From Candidatus Saccharimonadota bacterium (GTDB taxonomy: Archaea > Nanobdellota > Nanobdellia > Pacearchaeales > GW2011-AR1), in NCBI GenBank assembly GCA_041659445.1, contig JBAZYG010000001.1:240001-272000 (forward strand): 32,000 bases of DNA, read 5' to 3'. The notes below the pieces were generated by a model. The model was not told the DNA's origin and did not search any database. It saw only the letters and a list, made by a program, of their open reading frames with translations. The first letter of the stretch is position 1, and every line of letters starts with the position of its first letter. A program made the translations under genes and the position numbers. Of this stretch, positions 24,302-32,000 are shown in pieces.

Positions 24302-25425
24302 AGAATAAGTAAAAGCAATAAGGGAATTAAAATTAAGACAAGCAAAACTAAAATTGCTTTTTTTCTTGAAATATGCATTACTTTTTTTGATAAGTATTTT
24401 GTTGTTTTAAAAATTAAATTTGTATTTGGAAGAAAAATTATTGTTCCGATTACAGCGAATAAGAAAAATGCAATAGCACAAGCCAATGCATTAACTTTTC
24501 CGATGAATAATGCCGCCAGTAAAATATCTGTCCCTGTTCCTAATTTTGCACCTAAAATAAAAGGAATTGTTTTCTTTAAATTAATCACTCTAGATACAGC
24601 TAACGGAACTAAAAGTCCAATTGTAATTCCTGATGAAAAAACTATTGCAGTCAAAATAAACCCGATTAAGTAACTTCGATATTTTGATTTAAAATTCTTA
24701 TCAATGAACTTTCGTGTTTTATGTTCTCCTCCCAAAACATCAATTATTGCTTTTCCAATATATCTTAATGTTAAAATTAAAATTATAAATCCAATAATTA
24801 AAAGAAGTATTTTATTAGTGTTCTGAAAAAATAAATTTATTACAGAGTCAGTAATTATTTTTGTTAAATCTGGAATTTTTAATAAAAAATCTCCAGCGTG
24901 TATTTTAGATGCAATAAAAAAAGATATTTTAGAAAAAAATCCAAATAAACTTTCTAGAATTATTACAACTACTAGTAAAAATACCACGTAAACAGTATAT
25001 GCGAAACCAATTTCAAATCCGTGTCTAAAATCTCTTTTTTTTCTTGAATGCACAATCAAAGAGATAATTAATGCAGTCATTGTTGCACCAATTGAAGAAC
25101 CAATTAAAATATAAACTGCTGTTTGAAGAGTAATTATTCCGTTTCCTGCGAATGTTGCTGTTATTGAACCAATTGCACCTGAAGATTGAACTATTGCAGT
25201 TGAAAACCAACCCACACAAATAGCTTTAACAATTCCAAAATTTGATAAGAGAATTTGTTTTAAATCTGATGCTAAAAATAACGAACTTTTTTTTATTAAT
25301 TCAATAGAAAGTATAAAAATATAAATAAAAAAAATTAATTTAATCCAATTGAAAATTTTTATTTTATAAGATTGGGACTTTAATTCAACAGCCTCTCTTT
25401 TAGTCACCTCTTTCTCTTTTTTCAT
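24298..25425 (-). CDS. Na+/phosphate cotransporter (NptA/PF02690-like) family membrane protein
   Basis: It is a polytopic membrane protein with a QSSGAIGSITATFAG...IGSSIGAT repeat motif and a second half containing LGAKLGTG. Confidence 0.7.
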   Translation of the reverse strand: MKKEKEVTKREAVELKSQSYKIKIFNWIKLIFFIYIFILSIELIKKSSLFLASDLKQILLSNFGIVKAICVGWFSTAIVQSSGAIGSITATFAGNGIITLQTAVYILIGSSIGATMTALIISLIVHSRKKRDFRHGFEIGFAYTVYVVFLLVVVIILESLFGFFSKISFFIASKIHAGDFLLKIPDLTKIITDSVINLFFQNTNKILLLIIGFIILILTLRYIGKAIIDVLGGEHKTRKFIDKNFKSKYRSYLIGFILTAIVFSSGITIGLLVPLAVSRVINLKKTIPFILGAKLGTGTDILLAALFIGKVNALACAIAFFLFAVIGTIIFLPNTNLIFKTTKYLSKKVMHISRKKAILVLLVLILIPLLLLLIL

Positions 25426-25527
25426 ACATCTTATTAGAAATTCAAATTTTTAAAGGTGATGAAATCTTTTTTTAAATATATCTTAAAATATAATAATCTT
25501 TAAATAAGAGTTATTTTTGAATTTATC

Positions 25528-25767
25528 ATGGAATTAGATAAAAAAGTTAATTTAACTTTTGAGCAATGGGTTTTCTTAGGAGAATTGGAATCTGGCAAAA
25601 ATTTTGAAACTGAAATTAATAAAGAAAATGTTGAATTAACTTCAGATTTACTAAGTTTCGGTTTTGTCGAGAGAAGAGAAAAAGATTCAAAAGTTTCATA
25701 TATTCTGACTGAACTCGGAGCAGAAAAATATGAAAAAGCTAGAGAATGTTTTAATTATAGAAGATAA
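25528..25767 (+). CDS. Small hypothetical protein, possible winged-helix
   Basis: The protein is 79 aa. LLSFGFVERREKDSKVSYILTELG resembles a wHTH wing, similar in style to 11807-12049. Confidence 0.4.
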   Translation: MELDKKVNLTFEQWVFLGELESGKNFETEINKENVELTSDLLSFGFVERREKDSKVSYILTELGAEKYEKARECFNYRR

Positions 25768-25790
25768 TTACTTTTGTACGTAAAATTATT

Positions 25791-26489
25791 TTAAATCCAA
25801 TTGAACAAAATTCCAAATCCGACTAAAATTAGTAAAATTCCTGCAATTAAATGTAAAATTTTCACATTTCTTTCTTTCCATCCTTGAACTTCATCGACTT
25901 TTTTAAATCCAAAATAAACAATTAAAGTAATAATTATCATTGGAAGAATAAAAATCAAATTATAATAAAGAAGCCATAAAAATGCTTTGGCAAAACCTAA
26001 TTCAGATAACAAACCCGAGGCAATAATGTATGGTCCGATTGTGCAAGGAAGTAAAAATAAAGTTACAAGAAATCCTATGACAAATGCTCCTACAGGAGAA
26101 GTTATTTTTTCAATAATTATTTTTACTTTTGGTCTTAAAAATAAAGGCATTTCTGTTCCAAAAGAACCTTTTTTGTAATAGAAAAAATCTTTGATATTTA
26201 GTAATCCAAATAAAATTGCTAAAATTGCAAGTCCTTTATAGACGTAAAATGAATTTTTGCTCAAAAATTCAGAAAAGATTTTAAAAAATTGAACAATTAT
26301 TAATCCATAAAAAAGATATCCAATATAAATTGCAATTGCAAAAAATAATCCTGCAAATAAAACTTTTCTTTTTTTATCTGGATTTTGAATTAATATAGAC
26401 ATTAAAACCATTGCAAGAACTGCAATAGCACAAGGATTTATTGAATCTGCAAGTGCAAGTGTTGTTATTCTTAGAAAACTTAAATCCAT
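25791..26489 (-). CDS. ccdA: CcdA/DsbD-family transmembrane thiol-disulfide electron transporter
   Basis: The two conserved membrane-embedded Cys motifs are present: ADSINPCAIAVL and LLPCTIGPY. There are six hydrophobic helices. Confidence 0.8.
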   Translation of the reverse strand: MDLSFLRITTLALADSINPCAIAVLAMVLMSILIQNPDKKRKVLFAGLFFAIAIYIGYLFYGLIIVQFFKIFSEFLSKNSFYVYKGLAILAILFGLLNIKDFFYYKKGSFGTEMPLFLRPKVKIIIEKITSPVGAFVIGFLVTLFLLPCTIGPYIIASGLLSELGFAKAFLWLLYYNLIFILPMIIITLIVYFGFKKVDEVQGWKERNVKILHLIAGILLILVGFGILFNWI

Positions 26490-26528
26490 TTTATAGACAA
26501 TTAAAGAAATTTTTTAAATGTTTTGAAG

Positions 26529-26867
26529 TTATGGCAAATGCCTTTGTTCTTGTTCTCTTTTAAAAAATTCAGAATAGTAATCAAATCCTAAAGATATTTC
26601 CAATTTCTCTTTTTTATATAAGTAATTTAGAATTTCAGTTGTACTTCTAATATCTGTTCCATAATTTTTATTTAAAAAAATAATTCCAGCTTCAAGAGCT
26701 GGGTGAATATTTACGTCTTCATCATTACATTCAAGTTTAGACAATTCAATACATTGAATGACATATTTTTTAAGTTCTACTAATTCTATTAAAGATAATT
26801 CCAATCCTGTTAACCTTTTAATATGATCTTTTGCTTTATTAAATCTAAATATATATTCTTTGTCCAT
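26529..26867 (-). CDS. Hypothetical protein
   Basis: The ORF is 112 aa. No family is recognised. Confidence 0.45.
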   Translation of the reverse strand: MDKEYIFRFNKAKDHIKRLTGLELSLIELVELKKYVIQCIELSKLECNDEDVNIHPALEAGIIFLNKNYGTDIRSTTEILNYLYKKEKLEISLGFDYYSEFFKREQEQRHLP

Positions 26868-26974
26868 TTCTGAATTGTATTTTTCTTGTTTTTAAATTTT
26901 TATATTGTTGACTTAATTCAAGAGAAAAGATTTTAAGCTGATTTTTCCTATATTCTTAATAAAAAAGGTGTAAA

Positions 26975-27919
26975 ATGTGGTATTTAAATTTAATAATTTT
27001 CCTAGTTGCTCTTTTTGTTCTTATCAGAAGTGCTAATTATGCTGTTAGATATTCGTCGCGATTTGCTAGAGCATTTCATCTTTCAGAATTTATTGTAAGT
27101 TTTTTTATAGTGTCATTTATTTCAATTTCTCCAGAAGCAACAGTTGGAATTATTTCGTCAATTAATGGAACCCCTGAATTTGGACTTGGGGCTTTGTTAG
27201 GTTCAAATGTTGCAGATTTATTTTTGATTTTTGGAATAATTTCTTTATTTTCATTAAAAGGAATAAAAGTAAAAAGTGAAATTCTTAAAGAGGATTTGTT
27301 GTATATTATTCTTTTAGCAATTCCAGTTATTCTCGGTTTTGACGGAAAGTTTTCAAAAATGGATGGTGTTTTATTAGTTTTAAGTGGCGCAATATTCCTT
27401 GTTACATTATCTATAAAAGGAAAAATGTTTAAGAAAAAAAACCATCATAAAAAAAATTCTAAGTGGGGCAAAAATTTATTTTTGCTTATATTGAGTTTAT
27501 TATTTTTGGTGGCTAGTGCATATTTTACTGTTAGATTTGGAGTTAATTTTGCGAATGATTTGAGAATACCTCCTTTTTTAGTTGCTCTTACAGTAGTTAG
27601 TATTGGCTCTTGTTTGCCAGAACTTATTTTTTCATTAAAAGCAGTTAGAACAAATCATGATGAACTTGCTTTAGGAGATATTTTAGGAACTGTAATAATT
27701 GATGCAACAATAATTCTTGGAGTAATGGCTTTAATAAACCCTTTTAATTTTAGTCCTTCGATAATTCATTCAACAGGAATCATTCTTTTTATTGCCGGGA
27801 TTTTAGTTGTATCATTTCTTAAGTCAGGTAAATTATTGAGTAAGAAAGAAGGAATTCTTCTTTTGATTTTTTATATTGCTTCTTTGGTTATAGGATTTTT
27901 TATAAATAGAGGATTTTGA
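26975..27919 (+). CDS. Ca2+/cation antiporter (CaCA, YrbG-like Na+/Ca2+ exchanger)
   Basis: Two alpha-repeat regions are present (ISPEATVGIIS...LGSNVADLFLIFG and GSCLPELIFSL...GDILGTVIIDATIILG). AAGGTG lies 5 nt upstream of the ATG. Confidence 0.8.
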   Translation: MWYLNLIIFLVALFVLIRSANYAVRYSSRFARAFHLSEFIVSFFIVSFISISPEATVGIISSINGTPEFGLGALLGSNVADLFLIFGIISLFSLKGIKVKSEILKEDLLYIILLAIPVILGFDGKFSKMDGVLLVLSGAIFLVTLSIKGKMFKKKNHHKKNSKWGKNLFLLILSLLFLVASAYFTVRFGVNFANDLRIPPFLVALTVVSIGSCLPELIFSLKAVRTNHDELALGDILGTVIIDATIILGVMALINPFNFSPSIIHSTGIILFIAGILVVSFLKSGKLLSKKEGILLLIFYIASLVIGFFINRGF

Positions 27920-27970
27920 TTATTTTATAGAATATAAATCTTTAAATACTTTAAATTAAAGATAAAAATT

Positions 27971-28297
27971 ATGGTAAAAATGTGTGTTTACAAAATTAAA
28001 GCTACTGGATGTAAAACTGAAAAATATATAATGGATTCAGATAATAAAAAATTAGATTCAGATAATAAAAATTTTCTTTATCCTAGTCAAAATTCTATTG
28101 AAGAATTAGTTACTGAGATATTTGAATATATTAAATTTAATGACATATCTGGAAGAAGAGCTGAAATAACTTTTAAAAAACCATGTGATATTATAGGGTA
28201 TTATGGTTTTGGGTTGATTATTCCTAAAAATTTAAACTTACTTGAGAGATTTATTCTTAAAAAAGAACTTAAAAAAAGATTTTCAGCATCCAGTTAA
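27971..28297 (+). CDS. Hypothetical protein containing a 21-nt tandem duplication
   Basis: The ORF is 108 aa. DSDNKKL/DSDNKNF is encoded by direct repeats at 28034-28054 and 28055-28075. Confidence 0.4.
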   Translation: MVKMCVYKIKATGCKTEKYIMDSDNKKLDSDNKNFLYPSQNSIEELVTEIFEYIKFNDISGRRAEITFKKPCDIIGYYGFGLIIPKNLNLLERFILKKELKKRFSASS

Positions 28298-28627
28298 TTC
28301 TTGGAGTTTTTCAATTGATTGGATTCCAAGATAATATTCATCTTTTATTTTCCATGTAGGAACTGCTGAAATTTCAGAACATTTTTCTGGTTCATAAAAA
28401 CAATCAACAATTGTTATGTATTCTATTTCTTTACCAAATAGTTTTTCTTGGGCTGCACAATGAGGGCATCCTAATTTAACATAAAGTGTTGAATTTTCTC
28501 CAATGCATTTTGCAACATTTGGTTCAACATTTACTGAAGCATTCATTAAAATAATTGCTATTATAATTCCTGCTAAGATTATAACAGATAAAATTGTAAT
28601 AATTATGTTTGCAATTTTTTTGTTCAT
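28283..28627 (-). CDS. Membrane-anchored thioredoxin-like protein (resembles the Trx-like domain found fused to VKOR)
   Basis: An N-terminal TM is followed by YVKLGCPHCAAQEKLFG ... CF..PEKC ... VPTWKI. Confidence 0.65.
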   Translation of the reverse strand: MNKKIANIIITILSVIILAGIIIAIILMNASVNVEPNVAKCIGENSTLYVKLGCPHCAAQEKLFGKEIEYITIVDCFYEPEKCSEISAVPTWKIKDEYYLGIQSIEKLQELTGC

Positions 28628-28673
28628 GATTTATTTAAGAAATTAAATCTTTTAAAGGTTTTTGAGAGTTTTT

Positions 28674-29195
28674 TTATTGAATAAAAGGAGAAATAATCTG
28701 TTCAAATAATTCCATATTTGGATTTAATTTATATAATATCTCTTTAGAATCTTTTATGGATAATGGTTTATTTTCTTCAATTGCTTTGGTAATTCTTTCA
28801 AAAATCTTTTTTTTATTATAAGGAATTGCTATTTTGAAATTTCCACTCATATTGCCGTTTAAATATTGAAACACCTCTATTTTTTTAAGCATTAATATTT
28901 CTTCTTTGTTATTTGTTACTATCTTTCTTTCAAGAAATTTAGGAGGGTAATATTCTGATTCTTCATCATTATATTTATACCATGGATCTCCACCCAAATT
29001 TTTTTCTATTAATGAAATACTTTGTTCTTTTGCTATTTTTTCTAATTCATGAATTGCTTGAAGATACATTCCTAAAATTTGGGTTCCTGTGGAATCTGTA
29101 CTCGGAAATATGTTTTTAAATTTTTTATTTTTAAAAAATTTAATATATTCGTCTTCTTTAAAGCCATAGGATTCATTAGTTAAAAACTTGCTCAT
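28674..29195 (-). CDS. Hypothetical protein
   Basis: The ORF is 173 aa. No family is recognised. Confidence 0.5.
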   Translation of the reverse strand: MSKFLTNESYGFKEDEYIKFFKNKKFKNIFPSTDSTGTQILGMYLQAIHELEKIAKEQSISLIEKNLGGDPWYKYNDEESEYYPPKFLERKIVTNNKEEILMLKKIEVFQYLNGNMSGNFKIAIPYNKKKIFERITKAIEENKPLSIKDSKEILYKLNPNMELFEQIISPFIQ

Positions 29196-29237
29196 AATCT
29201 TAGAATTAAATGGTTCTTTTTAAAGATTATTATAATT

Positions 29238-29699
29238 CTATTCCACAATACTGGCCTTAATTATTTTAACATCTTTTAATGGCTTGTCATTTTCATCTGT
29301 TGAAACTCTTGCAATTTTGTCCACGATTTCTAGACCTTCGATGACTTTTCCAAAAACAGGATGCTTTTTATCAAGAAAATTATTATCTACAAGGTTTATG
29401 AAAAATTGACTTCCGCCAGTGTTTGGTCCTGCATTTGCCATTGAAATTGTTCCTCGGTTATTTTTGTTTCCGCCAAAGTGTGTAAATTCATCTGAAATTT
29501 TGTAACCTGGGCCCCCCATTCCTGTTCCAGTTGGATCTCCGCCCTGAATCATAAAACCGTCGATGATTCTGTGAAAAATTGTTTTATCATAAAATCCAGT
29601 TTTTACTAATTTTTCAAAATTTCCTGTTGTGATAGATATGTCTGAATATAAATTTAAAATTATATTCCCTTCTGTTGTTTGAAGTTTTACTTTTGTCAT
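29238..29699 (-). CDS. ppiB: Cyclophilin-type peptidyl-prolyl cis-trans isomerase
   Basis: Cyclophilin motifs are present: [34 protein letters not shown] and HPVFGKV. Confidence 0.92.
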   Translation of the reverse strand: MTKVKLQTTEGNIILNLYSDISITTGNFEKLVKTGFYDKTIFHRIIDGFMIQGGDPTGTGMGGPGYKISDEFTHFGGNKNNRGTISMANAGPNTGGSQFFINLVDNNFLDKKHPVFGKVIEGLEIVDKIARVSTDENDKPLKDVKIIKASIVE

Positions 29700-29754
29700 T
29701 TAACTTTAAGATATTTAATCTTTAATAAGAAAGAGGTATTATAAATTTTTTGAA

Positions 29755-30147
29755 TTATCTTTTTATAAGAATTTGTGCTCTTCCAGAAATTTCCCAAGAA
29801 GTATTCGCATCATCATATCTTAAATCATCAACTAAAATATAATCTGCATCTTTTTCATCAACTTTGTTTTCTAAATTATTTATCAAGATTTCTAAATTTA
29901 CTTCAGGATATTCTTCTCTTTCAGGATATCCTCTGTTTTTTCCTTTATTTTTGTACATCTCGTGTCCATATCCACGAATTCCTACATTTTCTCCAAATAT
30001 TCCTCCAAAATTAAAATCAAAACCATAAGGAATTAATTCTTTTGCGAAAACTTTTTCTGAACTAGGAATTAATTTATCTCCTTCTTCATTTTTTTGAGCA
30101 ACAAAATATTCTCCGAATTTTCCTATTAAAAGAATTTTATTTTTCAT
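29755..30147 (-). CDS. Hypothetical protein
   Basis: The ORF is 130 aa. No family is recognised. Confidence 0.5.
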   Translation of the reverse strand: MKNKILLIGKFGEYFVAQKNEEGDKLIPSSEKVFAKELIPYGFDFNFGGIFGENVGIRGYGHEMYKNKGKNRGYPEREEYPEVNLEILINNLENKVDEKDADYILVDDLRYDDANTSWEISGRAQILIKR

Positions 30148-30204
30148 AAATTTCTTATTAAATTACGCTTTATAAGAATTGTTATCTTCTGAAATATATA
30201 TTAA

Positions 30205-30513
30205 TTAATAATCAGGTAATTCATCATCAGAATCTGTCAATGTCTTTTGGGCTTTTGGTTTTGTAAAAGGTTTTTTGTCTTTTATTGCAGAAGGATCGTC
30301 TTTCATATCTTCAAGAGTGATTGAATTAATCATTTCTCGAAATTTTAAAAAATCTGGTCCTAAAATTCTAACACCTGCTTTTGTAAATCCTGTGTATCTA
30401 TCAGAACTTACAAATTCCCTTATTGTTAAACCCTTTCTTCCGCCAAAGTCATCAACTCTTACGACAATTTCTGTTGTATCGTTTTTATTTATTTTACCAA
30501 TGTCTTTTTCCAT
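30205..30513 (-). CDS. PC4/YdbC-like single-stranded DNA-binding / transcriptional coactivator-like protein
   Basis: IVVRVDDFGGRKGLTIREFV...FTKAGVRILGPDFLKFREMINSI parallels the PC4 core (VSVRDFKGKVLIDIREYW...[22 protein letters not shown], recalled from memory). Confidence 0.55.
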   Translation of the reverse strand: MEKDIGKINKNDTTEIVVRVDDFGGRKGLTIREFVSSDRYTGFTKAGVRILGPDFLKFREMINSITLEDMKDDPSAIKDKKPFTKPKAQKTLTDSDDELPDY

Positions 30514-30590
30514 AGATTAATTTAATAAAAATTCTTTATAAATGTTGGGTTTTGGAAAGATTTAAAAATAGATTGACTGAAAGTTATACA

Positions 30591-30995
30591 ATGGTAAAAA
30601 GATTAACAAAAGAATTAAAAAAAGAATACGAGGAAATTAATGATTTATGGAAAGAAGTTTTCAAAAACATAGAAAATAAATTTTTTGTTAATGAGACTAA
30701 AAAAGAAATAGATCAAAAATTCAATAATTTCATTGCCCAATTTATTAGTTTAAACAACGGGTTTACAAAAGAAATGCAACCAGATTATGACGCATATTGT
30801 GGAAATTATTTTTTAAATAAAGGAATATTAGAAGAAAAATTAAGAAATTATGATTTTGCTTTAAGAAATTATAATTTATCTAAAATCTTTAACCCATCTA
30901 ATGAAGAGATAAATCCCCATTTAGAAAGAATATTAGGAATAATAAAAAATTTATCACATAATTCCCATAATAAAAATTATGAAAATACTTTATGA
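30591..30995 (+). CDS. Hypothetical protein
   Basis: The ORF is open from TTG 30552. The first ATG is at 30591, downstream of TTTATAAA at about 30534-30541. No family is recognised. Confidence 0.45.
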   Translation: MVKRLTKELKKEYEEINDLWKEVFKNIENKFFVNETKKEIDQKFNNFIAQFISLNNGFTKEMQPDYDAYCGNYFLNKGILEEKLRNYDFALRNYNLSKIFNPSNEEINPHLERILGIIKNLSHNSHNKNYENTL

Positions 30996-31301
30996 ACTTT
31001 TTAATTTTTCTTTTTCTTGGAAAATTAATTCTTTAATTTTCAAATTTGGTAGCTTATCCAAATTTATTATTTGTGATTTTAAAGAATAATAAATTTCCAC
31101 ATCTTGAGGAGTTTTTAATAAGGGTTTTATTTTATCTTCGATATTTTTAAATTTTTTACATTGACCCAGATTTGCATTACAAAAAATTCTTTCATTATTT
31201 GTTTTAGAATCTATTTCTTCTACCATATATGGACAGAATGGAAATTTTTCAGATTCAAATTCACACGGATAGTTTTTCATTTTTTTTATCTCTTGTTTCA
31301 A
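30990..31301 (-). CDS. Small Cys-rich protein (third of three in tandem)
   Basis: It has four Cys (PCEFESEKFPFCPYM ... FCNANLGQCKKF) and a Lys/Glu-rich helical tail. An alternative start is at 31280 (MKNYPCEF). Confidence 0.5.
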   Translation of the reverse strand: MKQEIKKMKNYPCEFESEKFPFCPYMVEEIDSKTNNERIFCNANLGQCKKFKNIEDKIKPLLKTPQDVEIYYSLKSQIINLDKLPNLKIKELIFQEKEKLKSS

Positions 31302-31455
31302 AAATATAATTAAATTCTATTAAAGTTAAACCTTTTTTTAAAATTAATTCTTTTGATTCTAAATAATCTTTTTTCCATTCATCACATTTATTCTTTTTTG
31401 TACATTTAGAATCATAAAAAGGACAGTGGATTTTTTCAATTGAACAAATTTCCAT
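31261..31455 (-). CDS. Small Cys-rich protein (second of three in tandem)
   Basis: The protein is 64 aa with pattern C-x6-C-x6-C-x5-C (CSIEKIHCPFYDSKCTKKNKC). Its 3' end overlaps the next ORF. Confidence 0.5.
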   Translation of the reverse strand: MEICSIEKIHCPFYDSKCTKKNKCDEWKKDYLESKELILKKGLTLIEFNYIFETRDKKNEKLSV

Positions 31456-31462
31456 AAAAAAT

Positions 31463-31651
31463 TTAAGATTTTATTTCTTTTAAGGATTGTTGTAGTCTAG
31501 AAATATCTTTTTCTAATTTTGATAAAGGTGTTTTTTCTCCTATTTGCCTTTGAGTTTCACAACCTAATGAAGAACAGCATCCAGAATATTTTCCACCAAT
31601 ATATAAAGCGTATTCACAATTTTGATTTTCTTTTGGACAGTAATTAGCCAT
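31463..31651 (-). CDS. Small Cys-rich protein (first of three in tandem)
   Basis: The protein is 62 aa with pattern C-x6-C-x12-CC-x4-C (CPKENQNCEY...GCCSSLGC) and a coiled-coil-like tail. Confidence 0.5.
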   Translation of the reverse strand: MANYCPKENQNCEYALYIGGKYSGCCSSLGCETQRQIGEKTPLSKLEKDISRLQQSLKEIKS

Positions 31652-31706
31652 AAGCTTTTGTTAATAGTTTTGAGTTTATAAAAATTATGGTATTTTAAAA
31701 GTATAA

Positions 31707-32000
31707 TTAATCTTTCATTTCAATTTTTATATTAACAGATTTTGGAACCCTCATTCTCATAATATGATGTAGAATTTTTTCATTTGCAGGCAAGTCAATT
31801 AATCTTCTATGAATTCTCATTTCAAATCTGTCAAATGTAGCTGTTCCGTCTCCGCAAGGAGATTTTCTTGTAGTAACTTTTAATTTCTTTGTTGGTAATG
31901 GGACTGGACCAGAAATCGCAATTCCTGACTTTTGTGCTATGTCTTTAATAGAATTACAAATATCGTTTAGCATTTCAATATCTATTGAATTTAGTTTGAT
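31707..32000 (-). CDS. rps10: Ribosomal protein uS10 (S10), 5' end truncated by the window edge
   Basis: GPVPLPTKKLKVTTRKSPCGDGTATFDRFEMRIHRRLIDL is canonical uS10. The frame stays open upstream of the track's ATG (IKLNSIDIE-MLNDIC...), matching the uS10 N-terminal region, so the true start lies beyond 32000. Confidence 0.9.
   Translation of the reverse strand: MKLNSIDIEMLNDICNSIKDIAQKSGIAISGPVPLPTKKLKVTTRKSPCGDGTATFDRFEMRIHRRLIDLPANEKILHHIMRMRVPKSVNIKIEMKD

Noticed and set aside
60-30520. Other nested or antisense ORFs in the track: 60-248, 1733-1942, 3359-3541, 10873-11268, 11102-11320, 12152-12364, 14146-14358, 18276-18527, 20290-20499, 20405-20617, 21516-21797, 22265-22489, 22624-23037, 23500-23736, 25025-25219, 25987-26178, 29775-30014 and 30275-30520.
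   Set aside because: Each lies wholly or largely inside a longer ORF on the other strand or in another frame that has recognisable family motifs. Their translations are low-complexity Leu/Phe/Ile/Ser-rich strings typical of shadow frames in AT-rich DNA.
1-32000. A search for CRISPR arrays, tRNA or rRNA genes, transposases, integrases, or terminal inverted repeats flanking the 7-9 kb island.
   Set aside because: I saw no regularly spaced direct repeats, no GC-rich cloverleaf-sized intergenic segments and no recombinase-like ORFs. Intergenic regions are short and AT-rich. A tRNAscan or Infernal run would be needed to exclude small RNAs formally.

Overview
This is a very AT-rich, tightly packed archaeal chromosome segment. 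The archaeal call rests on aIF2-gamma, aIF5B, ribosomal proteins eS6 and uS10, and TATA boxes about 30 nt upstream of start codons, which implies many leaderless mRNAs. A small-genome DPANN-type lineage is plausible, but that is inference only. I support about 50 CDS and found no rRNA, tRNA, CRISPR array, transposase or integrase.

Ordinary content:
- a six-gene, translationally coupled Fe-S operon (ArsR-Nudix-NifS-LMW-PTP-DUF1858-IscU), followed by a 2Fe-2S ferredoxin and a membrane-tethered wHTH protein;
- a MacB/FtsX-type ABC transporter locus with two permease paralogues;
- scattered extracytoplasmic thiol-redox genes (DsbA-like, CcdA, Trx-like);
- ion transporters, a cyclophilin, and many orphan ORFs.

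The best candidate for something new is the interval of about 7.05-9.25 kb, which looks richer in G+C than its flanks. It holds three unrelated orphan ORFs. Each has TTTATAAA exactly 30 nt before its ATG, and each is followed 10-13 nt after the stop by a copy of the same 55 bp element, which extends to about 110 bp in two copies. A minimal diphtheria-toxin/ExoA/PARP-like (H-Y-E) ADP-ribosyltransferase-fold ORF sits on the opposite strand inside this array, and an orphan Cas4/RecB-like Fe-S nuclease borders it.

Secondary leads:
- a NOX-type ferric-reductase-domain flavocytochrome translationally coupled to a membrane-anchored cytochrome b5;
- an 18-nt palindromic candidate operator shared by two promoters of the Fe-S locus;
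- a 23-codon micro-ORF that bridges two genes with ATGA overlaps at both ends;
- three tandem small Cys-rich proteins downstream of uS10.

All family assignments come from motif recognition by eye and need profile searches to confirm.
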